Origin: an uncultured Acidobacteriota bacterium
GTDB lineage: Bacteria; Acidobacteriota; Thermoanaerobaculia; UBA5066; Gp7-AA6
Direction of reading: 5' to 3'
DNA: 64,000 nt
NCBI GenBank assembly: GCA_963832145.1
Contig: CAWHTA010000005.1
Span: 54,562-118,561 of the forward strand
Shown here piece after piece: positions 39,963 through 51,439 of the stretch. The position numbers and the translations under genes were made by a program. Numbering within the stretch: position 1 is the first letter of the stretch; each line of letters opens with the position of its first letter. The notes under the pieces were generated by a model. The model searched no databases and was not told the DNA's origin. It saw only the letters and a program-made list of their open reading frames with translations.

Positions 39963-40748
39963 TTACCCTCGAGAAGGAGAATCCGGGAGGATGACGTTCC
40001 GGACGACTTCTCCGGGGCGGCCGAGCCGCTCGCCGGGACGACCGTCGACCGAGACACGGACGCCGCCGGCATTGCCGAGCGTCACGCGGAAATCTTTCTG
40101 CGCTTCGAAACGGCGACTCTCTCCCGCCGTCACGAGACCACCGAAAATCTTCGCGCCGTCGGCGGAGATCTCGATCCAGGAGGGCTCGTCGAACTCGAGC
40201 ACGAGCGCGATGCCTCCTGCGCTCGTCGAAAGCTCCTGGAGCTCCTGGGTGTCTTCGCGGATCAGCGGCGTCGGCTCGTTCGACGGCGACACGTTCTTGA
40301 AGGAAACGGGTTCGACGCGCGCGACTCCGGACACGCGCGTATCCGAACGTTTGTGATCAGGGCTCGCAATGAGACCGAGCAGGAGGAGCACCGCCGTCAC
40401 TCCTCCGAGAATCGTGCCGGCGGTCGAACGCCGTCCTCGGAGAAACCGCGAGCCGAGACCCGGCTTCCCCGACGGAAGAAGAGGTGGGGCGCCGGTCTCG
40501 ACGACGGAAAGGTAAGTGTTGATCTTGTCGACGGGGTCGAGCCCGAGATGCAGGCAATAGGCGCGGATGAAACCTCGCGTGAAGACAGGGGCGGGGAGCT
40601 TTGCGAGGTCGCTTCGCTCGAGTGCGGAGAGGAGGCGAAGAGAAATCTTCGTCGCTGCGGAGATTTCTTCGAGCGTGACTTCTCGGACGAGGCGCTCGCG
40701 GCGGAGCTCGTCTCCGAAGCTCGGACCCGACGGTCGAGTGTGATTCAT
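39963..40748 (-). CDS. rodZ: RodZ-like HTH / TM / DUF4115 protein
   Basis: FGDELRRER..LEEISAATKI..RGFIRAYCLHLGLD, a TM segment, and LGNAGGV. Confidence 0.82.
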   Translation of the reverse strand: MNHTRPSGPSFGDELRRERLVREVTLEEISAATKISLRLLSALERSDLAKLPAPVFTRGFIRAYCLHLGLDPVDKINTYLSVVETGAPPLLPSGKPGLGSRFLRGRRSTAGTILGGVTAVLLLLGLIASPDHKRSDTRVSGVARVEPVSFKNVSPSNEPTPLIREDTQELQELSTSAGGIALVLEFDEPSWIEISADGAKIFGGLVTAGESRRFEAQKDFRVTLGNAGGVRVSVDGRPGERLGRPGEVVRNVILPDSPSRG

Positions 40749-40801
40749 CCGTCGATGGAAACCCTGAATTGTCGTTAATGGACCGCTGATTCTGCATGAT
40801 G

Positions 40802-41456
40802 CTAGCCCCCATGCCGGCGGCGCGCAAGGATTCTTTGCGTCGCGGCGCGGACGGCCGGCGTCAGACCGGGCGAGACGCTCCAGGCGGTCAGGTCTTCGTC
40901 GGCCGCCCGCTCGAGGAGACCTTCGAGGACCTCCCGCGTCGCCCTCGGATGGGAGAGAACCGCCTCGCGGACGGGTCGGCGCACGCTCCAGCGGGGGTGC
41001 CGGCGCGACGGCCGCGAGGGTTTCGGGGTGCGCCCTCGGCCCGATGGTCCCCAGGACGTCGGCCTCGGTGGAGAAGCGGTTGTCCAGCAGCGCGGCCACG
41101 ACGCGGGGGTCGGGGTCGTGCCGGAGCGCGGAGAGCATGCCCCGCCCGGCGGTGCGGGCGAGGTGCATTCGCTCGGCGAGCGCCATCTCGCAAGCGCGTC
41201 GGAGGAGGAGCCGGTCGGCCGCCCGGCGGACGTCGGGGTGGGCCCGGACATCGGCCGAAAGGTGCGCCAGGTCGTACGAAAACAGCGTCTCGACCAGGGA
41301 GAGAGCTTCCGAGCGGGGCGTCAGACGGTGAGAGGCGAGGGCGAGGCGGACGGCATGGAATCGGCGAGCCTCCGGGTCGCGAAGAATCCCCTCGAGCTCG
41401 GACTGGGTCAGATCCACCCGGCGCAGCTGCGCGAGAAGCTGTCCTTCCGCTCCCAT
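40802..41456 (-). CDS. Hypothetical helical-repeat protein (frameshifted)
   Basis: [22 protein letters not shown] and [18 protein letters not shown]. Confidence 0.65.
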
Positions 41457-41459
41457 CGC

Positions 41460-42291
41460 CTACGACTTTCGGAGGGGGTGCCGCGGGTCCGCGCGTCGAC
41501 AGGCGCTCGCCAGCTTCCGCGAGAGGCGCCCGAACGCGGCCGGGCCCGCGCGCTCGCGCGGCGCCGACGAGAGCGGACCCGACGACGACGCCGTCGGCGA
41601 GCCGGGCGGCGGCGCGAGCGGCGTCGGGAGTCGAAATGCCGAAACCGACGGCGATCGGGAGTCGGGCGCGGGAGCCGCGCGGCGCGCTCGCGCGACGGTC
41701 GCTCGAAGGCTCTCCGGGAGCGAGTCGCGCGCGCCGGTCGTCCCCGTCCGCGAGACGACGTAGAGGAAGCCGCTCGACAGCCGGGCGGCGCCCGCTCATC
41801 CGCTCGGGCGATGACGTCGGGGAGACGAGGAAGACCGTCTCGAGGCCCGCCGCGCGAAGGATCGGCTGGATCTCCCCCGCCTCCTCGGGCGGGAGGTCGG
41901 TCAAGAGAACGCCGTCGAACCCGGCGGCCTTTGCCTCGGTCGCCGAACGCTCGAGCCCGCGCCGCAGGAGCGGGTTCAGGTAGGAGAAGAGGACGAGCGC
42001 GGTCGCGCTCTCCCGTCGGATCTCGCCGCGCGATGCGCCAGCACCGCGTCCAGGGTCGTGCCCGCCGCGAGCGACCGGGACGCCGCCCGCTGGAGCACCG
42101 GACCGTCGGCGATCGGATCGGAGAAGGGGACGCCCAGCTCGAGGATGTCCACCCCGGCGCGATCGAGGGACCGCGCGAGCGCGACGGTGCCGCCCGCGAC
42201 GGGATCGCCCGCAGTGAGATAGCCGACGAACGCGGCCCTCCCCTCGCCGGCCGCCCGCGCGAAAGCGGCGGCGATCCGGCATCGCCGTCAC
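41460..42291 (-). CDS. trpA: Tryptophan synthase alpha (frameshifted)
   Basis: [40 protein letters not shown] and [11 protein letters not shown] across frames. Confidence 0.9.
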
Positions 42292-43475
42292 CCGAGCCGC
42301 GTTCTCGACGATCTCGAGATCCTTGTCGCCGCGCCCGGAGAGATTCACGAGGATCCAGGACCTCCGCGTCATCGTGCGAGCGAGGCGCACGGCGAACGCG
42401 ATCGCGTGGGCGCTCTCGAGCGCGGGCAGGATTCCCTCGGTCCGCGCGAGGAGTCGAAACGCATCGAGCGCCTGTCGGTCGGAGACGCGCGCGTAGCGCA
42501 CGCGGCCGGTCGATTCGAGGTACGCGTGCTCGGGGCCGACCGCCGGGTAATCGAGCCCCGCCGACACCGAGTGCGTCGGCAGGACCTGTCCGCCGGCGTC
42601 CTGCAGCAGCATCGTCCGCGTGCCGTGGAGGACGCCCACGGAACCTCCGCCGAACCGCGCCGCGTGGTCGCCGGGCCGTCGGCCCCGGCCGCCCGCCTCG
42701 ACGCCGTACAGCCGCGACCGGGGAGTCGAGGTACGCCGAGAAGAGCCCGATCGCGTTCGATCCGCCGCCCACGCACGCGACCGCGGCGTGCGGGTCACGC
42801 CCCGCGAGCCGGCGAAACTGGGCGCGCGCCTCCCTTCCGATGACCGACTGGAAGTGCCGGACCATCGCCGGATACGGATGCGGGCCCGAGCGCCGATCCC
42901 GAGGACGTAGTGCGTCGTCGCGACGTTTTCGATCCAGTCGCGCATCGCTTCGTTGATCGCGTCCTTCAGACGTCCGGGAGCCGGAGTCGACCGGCACGAC
43001 CTCCGCGCCGAGCAACCGCATCCGCGAGACGTTGGGCGACTGCCGCTCCATGTCCACCGCGCCCATGTAGACGACGCAGGGAAGCCCGAGCCGCGCCGCC
43101 GAGGCCGCTGTCGCGACGCCGTGCTGCCCGGCTCCGGTCTCGGCGACGACTCGCGTCTTGCCCATCCGCCGCGCCAGGAGCACCTGGCCGAGGCAGTTGT
43201 TGAGCTTGTGGGCGCCGGTGTGGAGGAGGTCTTCCCGCTTCAGGACGATCCGCGCGCCCCCGGCGCTCGCGGCGAGCCTTGGCGCTTCGGTGATCGGCGT
43301 CGGGCGACCGCCGTACGTCGTGAGCAGGTCACGAAGCTCCTCCCGGAACCGCCGGTCCCTGCGGTAACGCTCGAAGGCGCGCTCGAGCTCTTCGAGCGGC
43401 GCCATCAGGGTCTCGGGCGCGAAATCGCCCGCCGAACGGGCCGAAGTAGCCGGTGTGTCTAGCCGGCGCGCGCAT
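42288..43475 (-). CDS. trpB: Tryptophan synthase beta (frameshifted)
   Basis: [33 protein letters not shown] and NLSGRGDKD. Confidence 0.94.
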
Positions 43476-44085
43476 CGGCTTCCCGGACGGCCGCGAAGAA
43501 CCTCTCCATCTTCGCGTGGTCCTTCACCCCCGGCGAGGCCTCGACGCCGGACGCCACGTCCACCGCCGCCGGGCGCGTTCTCGTGATCGAGTCGGCCACG
43601 TTCGCCGGGTGGAGACCCCCCGCAACGAAGAGCGGCACGGTCCAGGACCGTCCTTCGAGCAACGACCAGTCAAAGGGGACGCCGCTCCCGCCTCCTGCGG
43701 CGCCGGACGAGGAGTCGAAGAGGATTCCGGCGCATCGTGCGAGGAGATCGGGAGCAGGAATCTCTTCTTCCCGGCCTGCCCGGACGACAGCGAGCACCTC
43801 CACTCCCTCGTGCCGCAGGTCGTCCGCGACGAGCGGGCGGTGGAGCTGAACGAGATCGAGCGGGACCTCGGCGACGGCCTCTTCGATGTCGCGATAGCTC
43901 TCTTCCACGAAGACCCCGACCCGAAGGGCTCCCGTCGCGGCCGCGGCGAGGCTCCGTGCACGCGCGGGCCCAACGCGGCGAGGCGAGAGAGCGGAGAAGT
44001 TGAAGCCGACGTACGCGGCGCCGAGAGCGCACGCGGCGCGGACGTCCTCCTCGCGAGTCAGCCCGCAGACCTTCACGTCGGTCAA
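43459..44085 (-). CDS. trpF: Phosphoribosylanthranilate isomerase
   Basis: [20 protein letters not shown] and DVASGVE. Confidence 0.93.
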   Translation of the reverse strand: MTDVKVCGLTREEDVRAACALGAAYVGFNFSALSPRRVGPARARSLAAAATGALRVGVFVEESYRDIEEAVAEVPLDLVQLHRPLVADDLRHEGVEVLAVVRAGREEEIPAPDLLARCAGILFDSSSGAAGGGSGVPFDWSLLEGRSWTVPLFVAGGLHPANVADSITRTRPAAVDVASGVEASPGVKDHAKMERFFAAVREADARAG

Positions 44086-44854
44086 CCCGCGAGCTCCCGA
44101 AGCATCGATTCCGGATCCTCCGACCGAAGGAGGCTCTCCCCGACGAGAAACGCCTTCCACCCCGCGGCCGAAGAGGCGCGCGACGTCGTCCCGGGACGGG
44201 ATCCCGCTTTCCGCGAGCGGAATGGCGCCCGGCGGGATCCCGGCCGCAAGAGGTCGAGCGACGGCAATGGTCCGTCTCGAAGGTCGCGAGATCGCGCGAG
44301 TTGACGCCGAGGACGTCGGGATGGACCGCCGCGGCTCGCGGAATCTCCTCGCGGCCGTGAGCCTCGACGACGACGGCGAGGCCGCGGTCCGGCCGCGGCG
44401 CGGCGGAGCTCTCCGAGCGACTAGTCGTCGAGCGCGCGGACGATGAGAAGAACGGCATCGGCGCCGAGCGACAGCGCGAAGTCGAGCTGGCGTTCGGAAA
44501 CGACGAAGTCCTTCATCAGGACGGGGAGGCCCGAGATCCGCCTGGCCCTCGTCACCCAATCCGGTTCTGCCTCCGAAGTGGTCCTGCTCGGAGACGACGG
44601 AGATCGCGGCCGCATGCCCGCGGCGGAACGCCAGGGCGAACGTTTCGAGCTTGCCGTCCGCGCCGGGGAGGATCTCTCCCGCCGAAGGAGACCTCGCCTT
44701 GATCTCGGCGATGATGCGGGCTCCGGGCTCCGAGAGGGAGGCGACGAATCGCTTGCCGTCGCTCGTCCGGGCCGCCGGTCCCATCGCGGACGTACTCGCC
44801 GCGAGCGAGCCGCAGTCGCTTGTCGGCGAGAATCCGGTCGAGAACCCCGCTCAA
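44082..44854 (-). CDS. trpC: Indole-3-glycerol phosphate synthase (frameshifted)
   Basis: [38 protein letters not shown] and LVGESLL. Confidence 0.9.
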
Positions 44855-45875
44855 GGCGCGGCTCCGGCAGCGCGCAGCTTCCGGAAGGACTCGAGCGCGC
44901 GGCCGTCGTCGACGGCGGCTCGGGCCCGGTCGTAACCCTCGCCGAGCGAGCGCGCGAGATCCGCGACGACGAGCCCGAGCGCGGCGTTCAGCAGGACCGT
45001 CTCGCGCCGCGGACCCTTTTCTCCTTCGAGCAGCGCGGTGAGCATGGCCGCGTTCTCGACGGCGCGTCGCCTCCGGCGAGGTCGCCGGGGTCGACCGCGG
45101 TCTGAGTGACGTCCGCGGGTTCGTACTTCCAGGGGCGGGTCCAGCCCTCGCGAACCTCGATCCCGGTCGCGGGCACTCCGGGTATGAGCTCGTCGAGCCC
45201 GTCGGCCGAGTGGAAAACGACGGCGCGCTCGGACCCGAGCATCGCGAGCGCGTCCGCGAGGAGGGCGACGAGCTCGGGCCTGCCGACGCCGATCATCTGC
45301 CGCGTCGCTCCGGCGGGGTTCGCGAGCGGCCCGAGGGAGTTGAAGATCGTCCGGACACCGAGCTCCCGTCGGACGGTGCCGAGCTCCTTCATCGCCGGGT
45401 GAAACGCGGGCGCGAAGAGAAAGACGAGGCCGATCTCGTCGAGCACCCGCCCGGCGCGGTCCGGGTCGAGGTCGATCGCGATGCCCGCCGCGGCGAGGAC
45501 GTCGGCCGAGCCGACGCGGGAGGAGATCGCGCGATTGCCGTGCTTCGCGACGTCCGCCCCGGCTCCCGCGGCGACGATGGCCGTCGCGGTCGAGAGGTTG
45601 AAGAGGTCGCGCCCGGTCCCGCCCGGCCCGCACGTGTCGAGGAGGGGCGCGCGACGAGTCTGGACCCGGCGCATCCGGGCGCGGAGCGCCGACACCGCCC
45701 CGGCGATTTCGTCGGACGTTTCCCCGCGCGTCGCGATCCCGATCAGGATGGCGCCCTTCTGCGCCTCCGTCGCCTGGCCGTCCATGAGGTCCAGGAAGAC
45801 GAGCTCGGCGAGCTCGCGCGACAGCGGCCGGCGCCCGGCGATGATTTTCAGAGCTTCGGCGATGCGCGGCGTCAT
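44851..45875 (-). CDS. trpD: Anthranilate phosphoribosyltransferase (3' frameshift)
   Basis: [16 protein letters not shown] and [13 protein letters not shown]. Confidence 0.93.
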
Positions 45876-46472
45876 ACGAGCTTTCCCCATCGAGGGCGGG
45901 AGCCGCGCGAGCGCGAGGAAGTTGGCGAGCAGTCTCTCGCCCGAAGGCGTCAGCACGGACTCGGGGTGAAACTGCACGCCGAAGACCGGCTTCGACCGGT
46001 GGGCGAGGGCCATGACGAGGCCGTCCTCGCTTCGCGCGATGACCCGGAGATCGTCGGGAAACCCCTGCTCGCTCACGACGAGCGAATGGTACCGCCCCGC
46101 CTCGAACGGACTCGGCACGCCGGCGAAGAGCGGCGCGCCGTCATGGAGGATCTGCGAGGTCTTTCCGTGCCGCGGCGCCGGCGCCCGCAGGACAGAGCCG
46201 CCGTGAAGCGCCGCGATTGCCTGATGACCGAGGCAGACCCCGAGGACGGGAATCCCCTCGCGCTCCCCCGCCGCGATCAGGTCGAGCGATCGGCCCGCGT
46301 TCTCGGGGCGCCCGGGACCCGGCGAAACGATCACGGCCTCGGGTCGGCGCGAGACGACCTCCTCGGGGTCGAATCGGTCGTTGCGCGCGACTTCGACCGG
46401 GTAACCGAGCTTCCCGACCGCCTGCACCAGGTTCCACGTGAACGAGTCGTAGTTGTCGACGAGAAAGATCAT
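45876..46472 (-). CDS. trpG: Anthranilate synthase component II (in frame with trpD, no stop between)
   Basis: [22 protein letters not shown] and QFHPES. Confidence 0.93.
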
Positions 46473-47912
46473 GGCTCGTCCGGCGACGCGCTCGGCCTCC
46501 GGGCGGCATCGACCGCCGCGAAGAGCGCCTCCGCTTTCGACTCGGCTTCCCGGTATTCGTTCTCGGGAATCGAGTCGGCGACGATGCCGGCGCCCGCCTG
46601 GATCCGGCAGACCCCCGTCTCGACGACAGCCGTGCGGATCGCGATCGCCATGTCGAGATTGCCGGACCGGTCGAGGTAGCCGACCGCGCCGCCGTAGATT
46701 CCGCGGCGGCACGATTCCAGCTCGTCGATCAGCTCCATCGCGCGGATCTTCGGCGCTCCCGTGAGCGTCCCCGCCGGGAAGCAGGACGCGAGGAGGTCGG
46801 CGGGACCCCGGCCGGCGAGCCAGCGTGCCGCGGACTTCGGACACCAGATGCTGTACGTGCGAGTACCGCTCGACGTCGGCATAGCGCATCACCCGGACGC
46901 TCCCGATCTCGCAGACCCGCCCGAGATCGTTGCGCGCGAGATCGACGAGCATGACGTGCTCCGCGCGCTCCTTCGGGTCGGCGAGAAGGCGCTCGGCGAG
47001 AGCGTCGTCCTCCTCCGAGCTCGCGCCCCTGCGGATCGTGCCGGCGATGGGACGCGTCTCGGCAACGCCGTCCCGGCAGCGGACGAGCATCTCCGGGGAC
47101 GCGCCGAGAATCGTCGCCTCCCGCGTCTCGAGGTAGAACAGGTAGGGAGAGGGATTGAGCGCGCGGAGCGCGCAGTACACGTCGAAGGGGTCGCCGTCGA
47201 GCGGCGCCGTCCAACGCTGAGAGAGCACGACCTGGTAGATCTCCCCCGAGAGGATCGCTTCCTTCGCCTCGAGGACCGCCCCGAGGAAGCGTTCGCGGGA
47301 CATCTCGGCAGTGAAGAACGGCGGAACCAATGCCCGCCGCGGCGCGCGAGGCTCGGCTCGGGAGACGTCGGGCACGGCGAGCGCCGCCTCGAGCCGATCG
47401 AGTCGCGCCCGGGCGGAGGCTCCGTCGCCGGACTCCGCGGTCAGGAGGAGCACGCGATTCCGGGCGTGATCGAACGCCGCGACGGTCTCGAAGAGAAGAA
47501 AGAGCGCATCGGGAACGTCGTCCCGCCGCAGGTGGCGGTCGGGCACCTCCTCGAACAGGCGGGCGGCGTCGTAGGAGAGGTACCCCACGGCGCCCCCGCA
47601 GAAGGGCGGGAGATCCGGGTTGCGCCGGTATCCCTCGTCGACGACGAGACGTTCGAGCGCGGCCAGCGCTGGCTCCTCCGAAACGCGCCGCACACCGTCG
47701 GACTCGATCTCGACTTTCGTGTCTCTCACCGTCAGGCGCGCCGAGGGCGCGACCCCGAGGAAGGTGTAGCGCGCGATCGCCTCGTCCCCCTCGCCGCTCT
47801 CGAGGAGGAAGCACTCGGCGCCGGAGCGCCGCAGGCGCCGAAACAGCCCGATCGGTTCGAGGCCGTCGAGCGCGACCTCCCGCGCAACGGGCCGCACCTC
47901 TTCAGCCCTCAT
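46469..47912 (-). CDS. trpE: Anthranilate synthase component I (frameshift near 46820)
   Basis: [29 protein letters not shown] and [12 protein letters not shown]. Confidence 0.94.
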
Positions 47913-49374
47913 CGCCAATGATCGCCGCCGCTTCCTCGCGGGTCGCGTCCCCGACGCCGAAGAGCCGCGCCTGCGCGGCGGCCTGGACCGCGAACATCTC
48001 GAGTCCCGTGACGGTGCGGCAGCCGGCGGCGCGCGCGGCGCGGATCGTCGACGTCTCGCTCCGGTCGCCCCGATACGCGCAGTCGAAAACGAGGGGCCGG
48101 GAGTCGAGCACCCGCGCGGGCACAGCCGGGGGATCGTCGGGGTGGGAGCCGACGGGCGTCGCGTTGACATAGAGGTCCGCCTCGGTCTCCCCCACGTCGT
48201 CCCACGCGAGGGAGTCCACGCCGTAGATACCGGCAACCGCGTCCGCCTCGTCGTTGCGGCGGGCGGCGACCGCGACCTCGTAGCCGAGCCGGCGCGCCGC
48301 GACGACCGCCGCCCGGGCGGTGCCGCCCGCGCCGAGGACGACGGCGCTCCGGCCTTCGCCGGTGTCGTGGTCCGCGAGCGGGTCGAAGATTCCGTCGACG
48401 TCCGTGTTCTCCGCGCGCCAGGCCCCCCCTTCCCGCACGAGCGTGTTCGCCGCCCGGGTCACGCGGACGTCCTCGGACACCCGACCGACGGAGGCCGCGC
48501 GGGTCTTCCAGGGTCTCGTGACGGAGAGACCGCGGAAGCCCGGATCGACGTCGATCACGTGGGGCGCTTCGCGTTCGAAATCTTCCACCGGGAGCGGGAG
48601 GTACAGAAAGGGAAGGCCCCTCGAGCGGAACAACGCGTTATGAACGAGCGGAGAGAGCGAGTGGCTCGGATCGCGCGCCACGACGCCGAAGAGCGCCTCC
48701 GGCGCCGCCGGGCGCGCGGTGTCGTAGACGTCGAGGAGGTCCGACAGAAGCGGCTGTCCGGGGGCCGTCGGACTCCCGACCGACCCGTAGACGAGGGCGG
48801 ATCCCAGATGAGCCGCGAGCACGCGGCCCGCAACGCTCACCGGTCCCATCGGGAAGATGCTGGTCGCGCCGTCGTTCTCGCGGCGCTGGAGATCGGCGAC
48901 CTCGAGGCTCGCCCGGAGGTGCGCGGTCCGCGCGACGACCTTCACGGCGAGCGCCCCGGTCTCCCTCATCGCGGCGAGAAGGTCCCGCCACTCGGCGGGA
49001 AGGCCGAACGGGTAGTGCGCGGACACGACGAGGCGGCTTCGATCGGCGAGCGCCGGATCGGAAGCGAGGCCCGTCTCGTGCTCGACGTCGACGATCGTCC
49101 CGGCGGCGTACGCTTCGAGAACGAGGCGCCGGTACTCCTCGAGGGAACCGTCGAAGCTTCCCCCTTCGCGCACCGTCCGCCACGTGAGGATCGCCGGGCG
49201 AGGGTCGATCTCGGCGAGGGCGGCCGGCGGGATCGCCTCCGCCGCGCCGTCGAGCCGGTATTCGATCGCTGTCGCGCCGCCCGGCACGAAGCCCACGAGC
49301 CGCCGGGCGTCGGCGAGGTCGCGCGGCGCGAGCGACGCGACGTGCGCGGGAAGCGAGAGCCGTGTCTCCTTCAA
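47902..49374 (-). CDS. aroE: Fused type I 3-dehydroquinate dehydratase / shikimate dehydrogenase
   Basis: N-terminal IEYRLD, TWRTVREGG and APGQ (AroD). C-terminal HSLSPLVHN, SVTRPWK, NTD, GAGGTAR and NATPVG (AroE). Confidence 0.88.
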   Translation of the reverse strand: MKETRLSLPAHVASLAPRDLADARRLVGFVPGGATAIEYRLDGAAEAIPPAALAEIDPRPAILTWRTVREGGSFDGSLEEYRRLVLEAYAAGTIVDVEHETGLASDPALADRSRLVVSAHYPFGLPAEWRDLLAAMRETGALAVKVVARTAHLRASLEVADLQRRENDGATSIFPMGPVSVAGRVLAAHLGSALVYGSVGSPTAPGQPLLSDLLDVYDTARPAAPEALFGVVARDPSHSLSPLVHNALFRSRGLPFLYLPLPVEDFEREAPHVIDVDPGFRGLSVTRPWKTRAASVGRVSEDVRVTRAANTLVREGGAWRAENTDVDGIFDPLADHDTGEGRSAVVLGAGGTARAAVVAARRLGYEVAVAARRNDEADAVAGIYGVDSLAWDDVGETEADLYVNATPVGSHPDDPPAVPARVLDSRPLVFDCAYRGDRSETSTIRAARAAGCRTVTGLEMFAVQAAAQARLFGVGDATREEAAAIIGDEG

Positions 49375-49407
49375 AGCAAAACCCCCGGTCCTTTTCGGGC
49401 CGGGGGT
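49372..49407 (-). terminator. Attenuator terminator of the aro/trp operon
   Basis: ACCCCCGGCCCG-AAAA-GGACCGGGGGT followed by TTTGCTTTG on the minus strand. Confidence 0.85.
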
Positions 49408-49465
49408 CGGTCACTCTTCCCGTGTCGCCCCGCCCGAAAGGTTGGCGGCAGGGCGTGGATTCGCC

Positions 49466-49510
49466 CTACCGGTTCCTCTCCCGCCAGCGCCAGGGCGATC
49501 CGACGATCAT
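49466..49510 (-). CDS. trpL: Trp leader peptide MIVGSPWRWRERNR
   Basis: 14-aa ORF with two Trp codons, followed by an antiterminator (TTTCGGGC, 49432-49439) and a terminator. Confidence 0.82.
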   Translation of the reverse strand: MIVGSPWRWRERNR

Positions 49511-49523
49511 CGAGACCACGATA

Positions 49524-50927
49524 TCAAACGGGCGCCGAACGCTTCCACCGCGTGCCAGCGGGCGTGTCCTCGAGGACGATGCCGCTCCGGGCGAGCTCGT
49601 CCCGGATCCGGTCCGATTCGGCGAAGTCCCGCCGCCCCCGGGCCGCGTTCCGCGCCGCGATCTTTTCCTCGATCTCCGCGGAGAGTACGTCCGGTCCGGA
49701 GGGCAGGACCCCGAGCACCCGGTCCGCGCCGGCAAGCGCCGCGCGCGCTTCCCGCGCCCCCGCCGCATCGAGAGTCCCGTCGTTGATCGCGGCGTTGATG
49801 GTCCGCACGAAGTTGAACACCGCCGCGAGCGCGGCGGCCGTGTTCAGGTCGTCGTCCAGGCCGGCGTCGAACTCCGCGCGGAACTCGGAGGCGCGCTCCG
49901 CCGCCGGGAACGCGCCGGGCTTGGAGGCCCCGGACTCGGCCACCTCGTCCATCCGCACGCTCGCGGAGTGCACTCGCTCGAGGGCCGCGGCGGCCCCCGC
50001 GAGCGCATCCCACGTGAAGTTCAGCTTCGTGCGGTAAGGGACCGAGAGAAAGAGGTACCTCACCGCGGCAGGATCGTCGCGGCGCGCGAGCACGTCTTCG
50101 AGCGTGTAGAAGTTCCCCTTCGACTTCGACATCTTCTCGCCGTCGACAACGAGGTGCTCCGCGTGCAGCCACACGTCCACGAACGGGTGACCCGTCGCGC
50201 CCTCGCTCTGCGCGATCTCGTTCTCGTGGTGCGGAAAGATGTTGTCGACCGCGCCGGTGTGGATGTCGAAGTGCTCGCCCAGGTACTTCATGCTCATCGC
50301 CGAACACTCGATGTGCCATCCCGGGCGGCCTTCTCCCCACTGCGAGGGCCACGACGGCTCCCCCGGCTTCGCCGCCTTCCAGAGCGCGAAGTCCTTGACG
50401 TCTTCCTTCTCGTACTCGTCGTCCACGACCCGCTCGCTCCGGCGGGTCTGATCCAGGTCGATCCCCGAGAGCTTGCCGTAGTCCGGAAGGGTCGCGATGC
50501 GGAAGTAGACGGAGCCCTCCGACTCGTACGTGTGCCCGCGCTCCTGGAGGCGGCGGATCAGTTCGATCATCTCGGGCACGTGCTCGGTGGCTTTCGGATA
50601 GTGCTCGGCCGGCTCGACGTTCAAGCGGGCGATGTCGCGGAAGAACGCCTCGCTGTACTTCGCCGTGAAGTCCCCGAGGGCGAGCCCCGCTTCGCGCGCG
50701 CCGTTGATCGTTTTGTCGTCGACGTCGGTCAGGTTCATGACCTGCGTGACCCGGTCGCCGCGGGCGAGGAAACGGCGCCGCAGAACGTCCTCGAAGACGA
50801 ACGTCCTCAGGTTCCCGATGTGGACGACGTTGTAGACGGTCGGACCGCACGTGTAGAGACGCACGTGGCCCGCCTCGATGGGCGTGAAGTCGACGAGGCG
50901 GCGGCCGAGGGTGTTGTAGAGCTTCAC
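49524..50927 (-). CDS. cysS: Cysteine--tRNA ligase
   Basis: YTCGPTVY..HIGN, GRPGWHIECSAM and KMSKS. Confidence 0.97.
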   Translation of the reverse strand: MKLYNTLGRRLVDFTPIEAGHVRLYTCGPTVYNVVHIGNLRTFVFEDVLRRRFLARGDRVTQVMNLTDVDDKTINGAREAGLALGDFTAKYSEAFFRDIARLNVEPAEHYPKATEHVPEMIELIRRLQERGHTYESEGSVYFRIATLPDYGKLSGIDLDQTRRSERVVDDEYEKEDVKDFALWKAAKPGEPSWPSQWGEGRPGWHIECSAMSMKYLGEHFDIHTGAVDNIFPHHENEIAQSEGATGHPFVDVWLHAEHLVVDGEKMSKSKGNFYTLEDVLARRDDPAAVRYLFLSVPYRTKLNFTWDALAGAAAALERVHSASVRMDEVAESGASKPGAFPAAERASEFRAEFDAGLDDDLNTAAALAAVFNFVRTINAAINDGTLDAAGAREARAALAGADRVLGVLPSGPDVLSAEIEEKIAARNAARGRRDFAESDRIRDELARSGIVLEDTPAGTRWKRSAPV

Positions 50928-51439
50928 CACGCCTCCCGCAGGCGCCGGCGCTCGATCTTCCGCCACGTCAGTTCCCTTTTCAGTCCGCGCAGGCGGTCGA
51001 CGAAGAGAAGCCCGTTCAGGTGGTCGATCTCGTGGCAGAACGCCCGGGCGAGGAGGCCGGTTCCCTGGAGCTCCCGTACGCGAAGATCGGCATCCGCGGC
51101 CCTCACGACGACGTGCTCCGGACGCACCACCCGCTCGGCGACGTCCGGAACCGACAGGCAGCCCTCCTCCTCCTTCTGTTCGCCGGACGTGGAGAGGATG
51201 ACCGGGTTCACGAGGACGATGACTGCCGAAGGATCCTCGCCGACGGAGAGGTCCACGATCGCGACCCTCCGGTTGACGCCGATCTGGGGAGCCGCGAGGC
51301 CGATCCCGGGCGCGGCGTGGCACGTGTCCACGAGGTCGGCCACCAGGCCGGGGAGGTCCGCGCCGTCCGTTTCCGCGATCTCGTCGTTGGATTCCAGCAG
51401 GCGCTGGTCCCCCCAGCGAACAAGATTCCGGATGGTCAC
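50924..51439 (-). CDS. def: Peptide deformylase
   Basis: GIGLAAPQIG, EGCLS and HEIDHLNG. Confidence 0.96.
   Translation of the reverse strand: MTIRNLVRWGDQRLLESNDEIAETDGADLPGLVADLVDTCHAAPGIGLAAPQIGVNRRVAIVDLSVGEDPSAVIVLVNPVILSTSGEQKEEEGCLSVPDVAERVVRPEHVVVRAADADLRVRELQGTGLLARAFCHEIDHLNGLLFVDRLRGLKRELTWRKIERRRLREAW

Noticed and set aside
40800-46900. Multiple frameshifts in trp genes (also fmt, rpe, ileS, helicase) as pseudogenes or programmed frameshifting
   Set aside because: They hit essential genes, cluster in blocks and leave catalytic motifs intact. Sequencing indels are the simplest explanation.
44988-48236. 1082-aa ORF as a TrpE-TrpG-TrpD mega-fusion
   Set aside because: The true TrpE C-terminus lies in another frame (46469-46882), so the ORF is a frameshift artefact.
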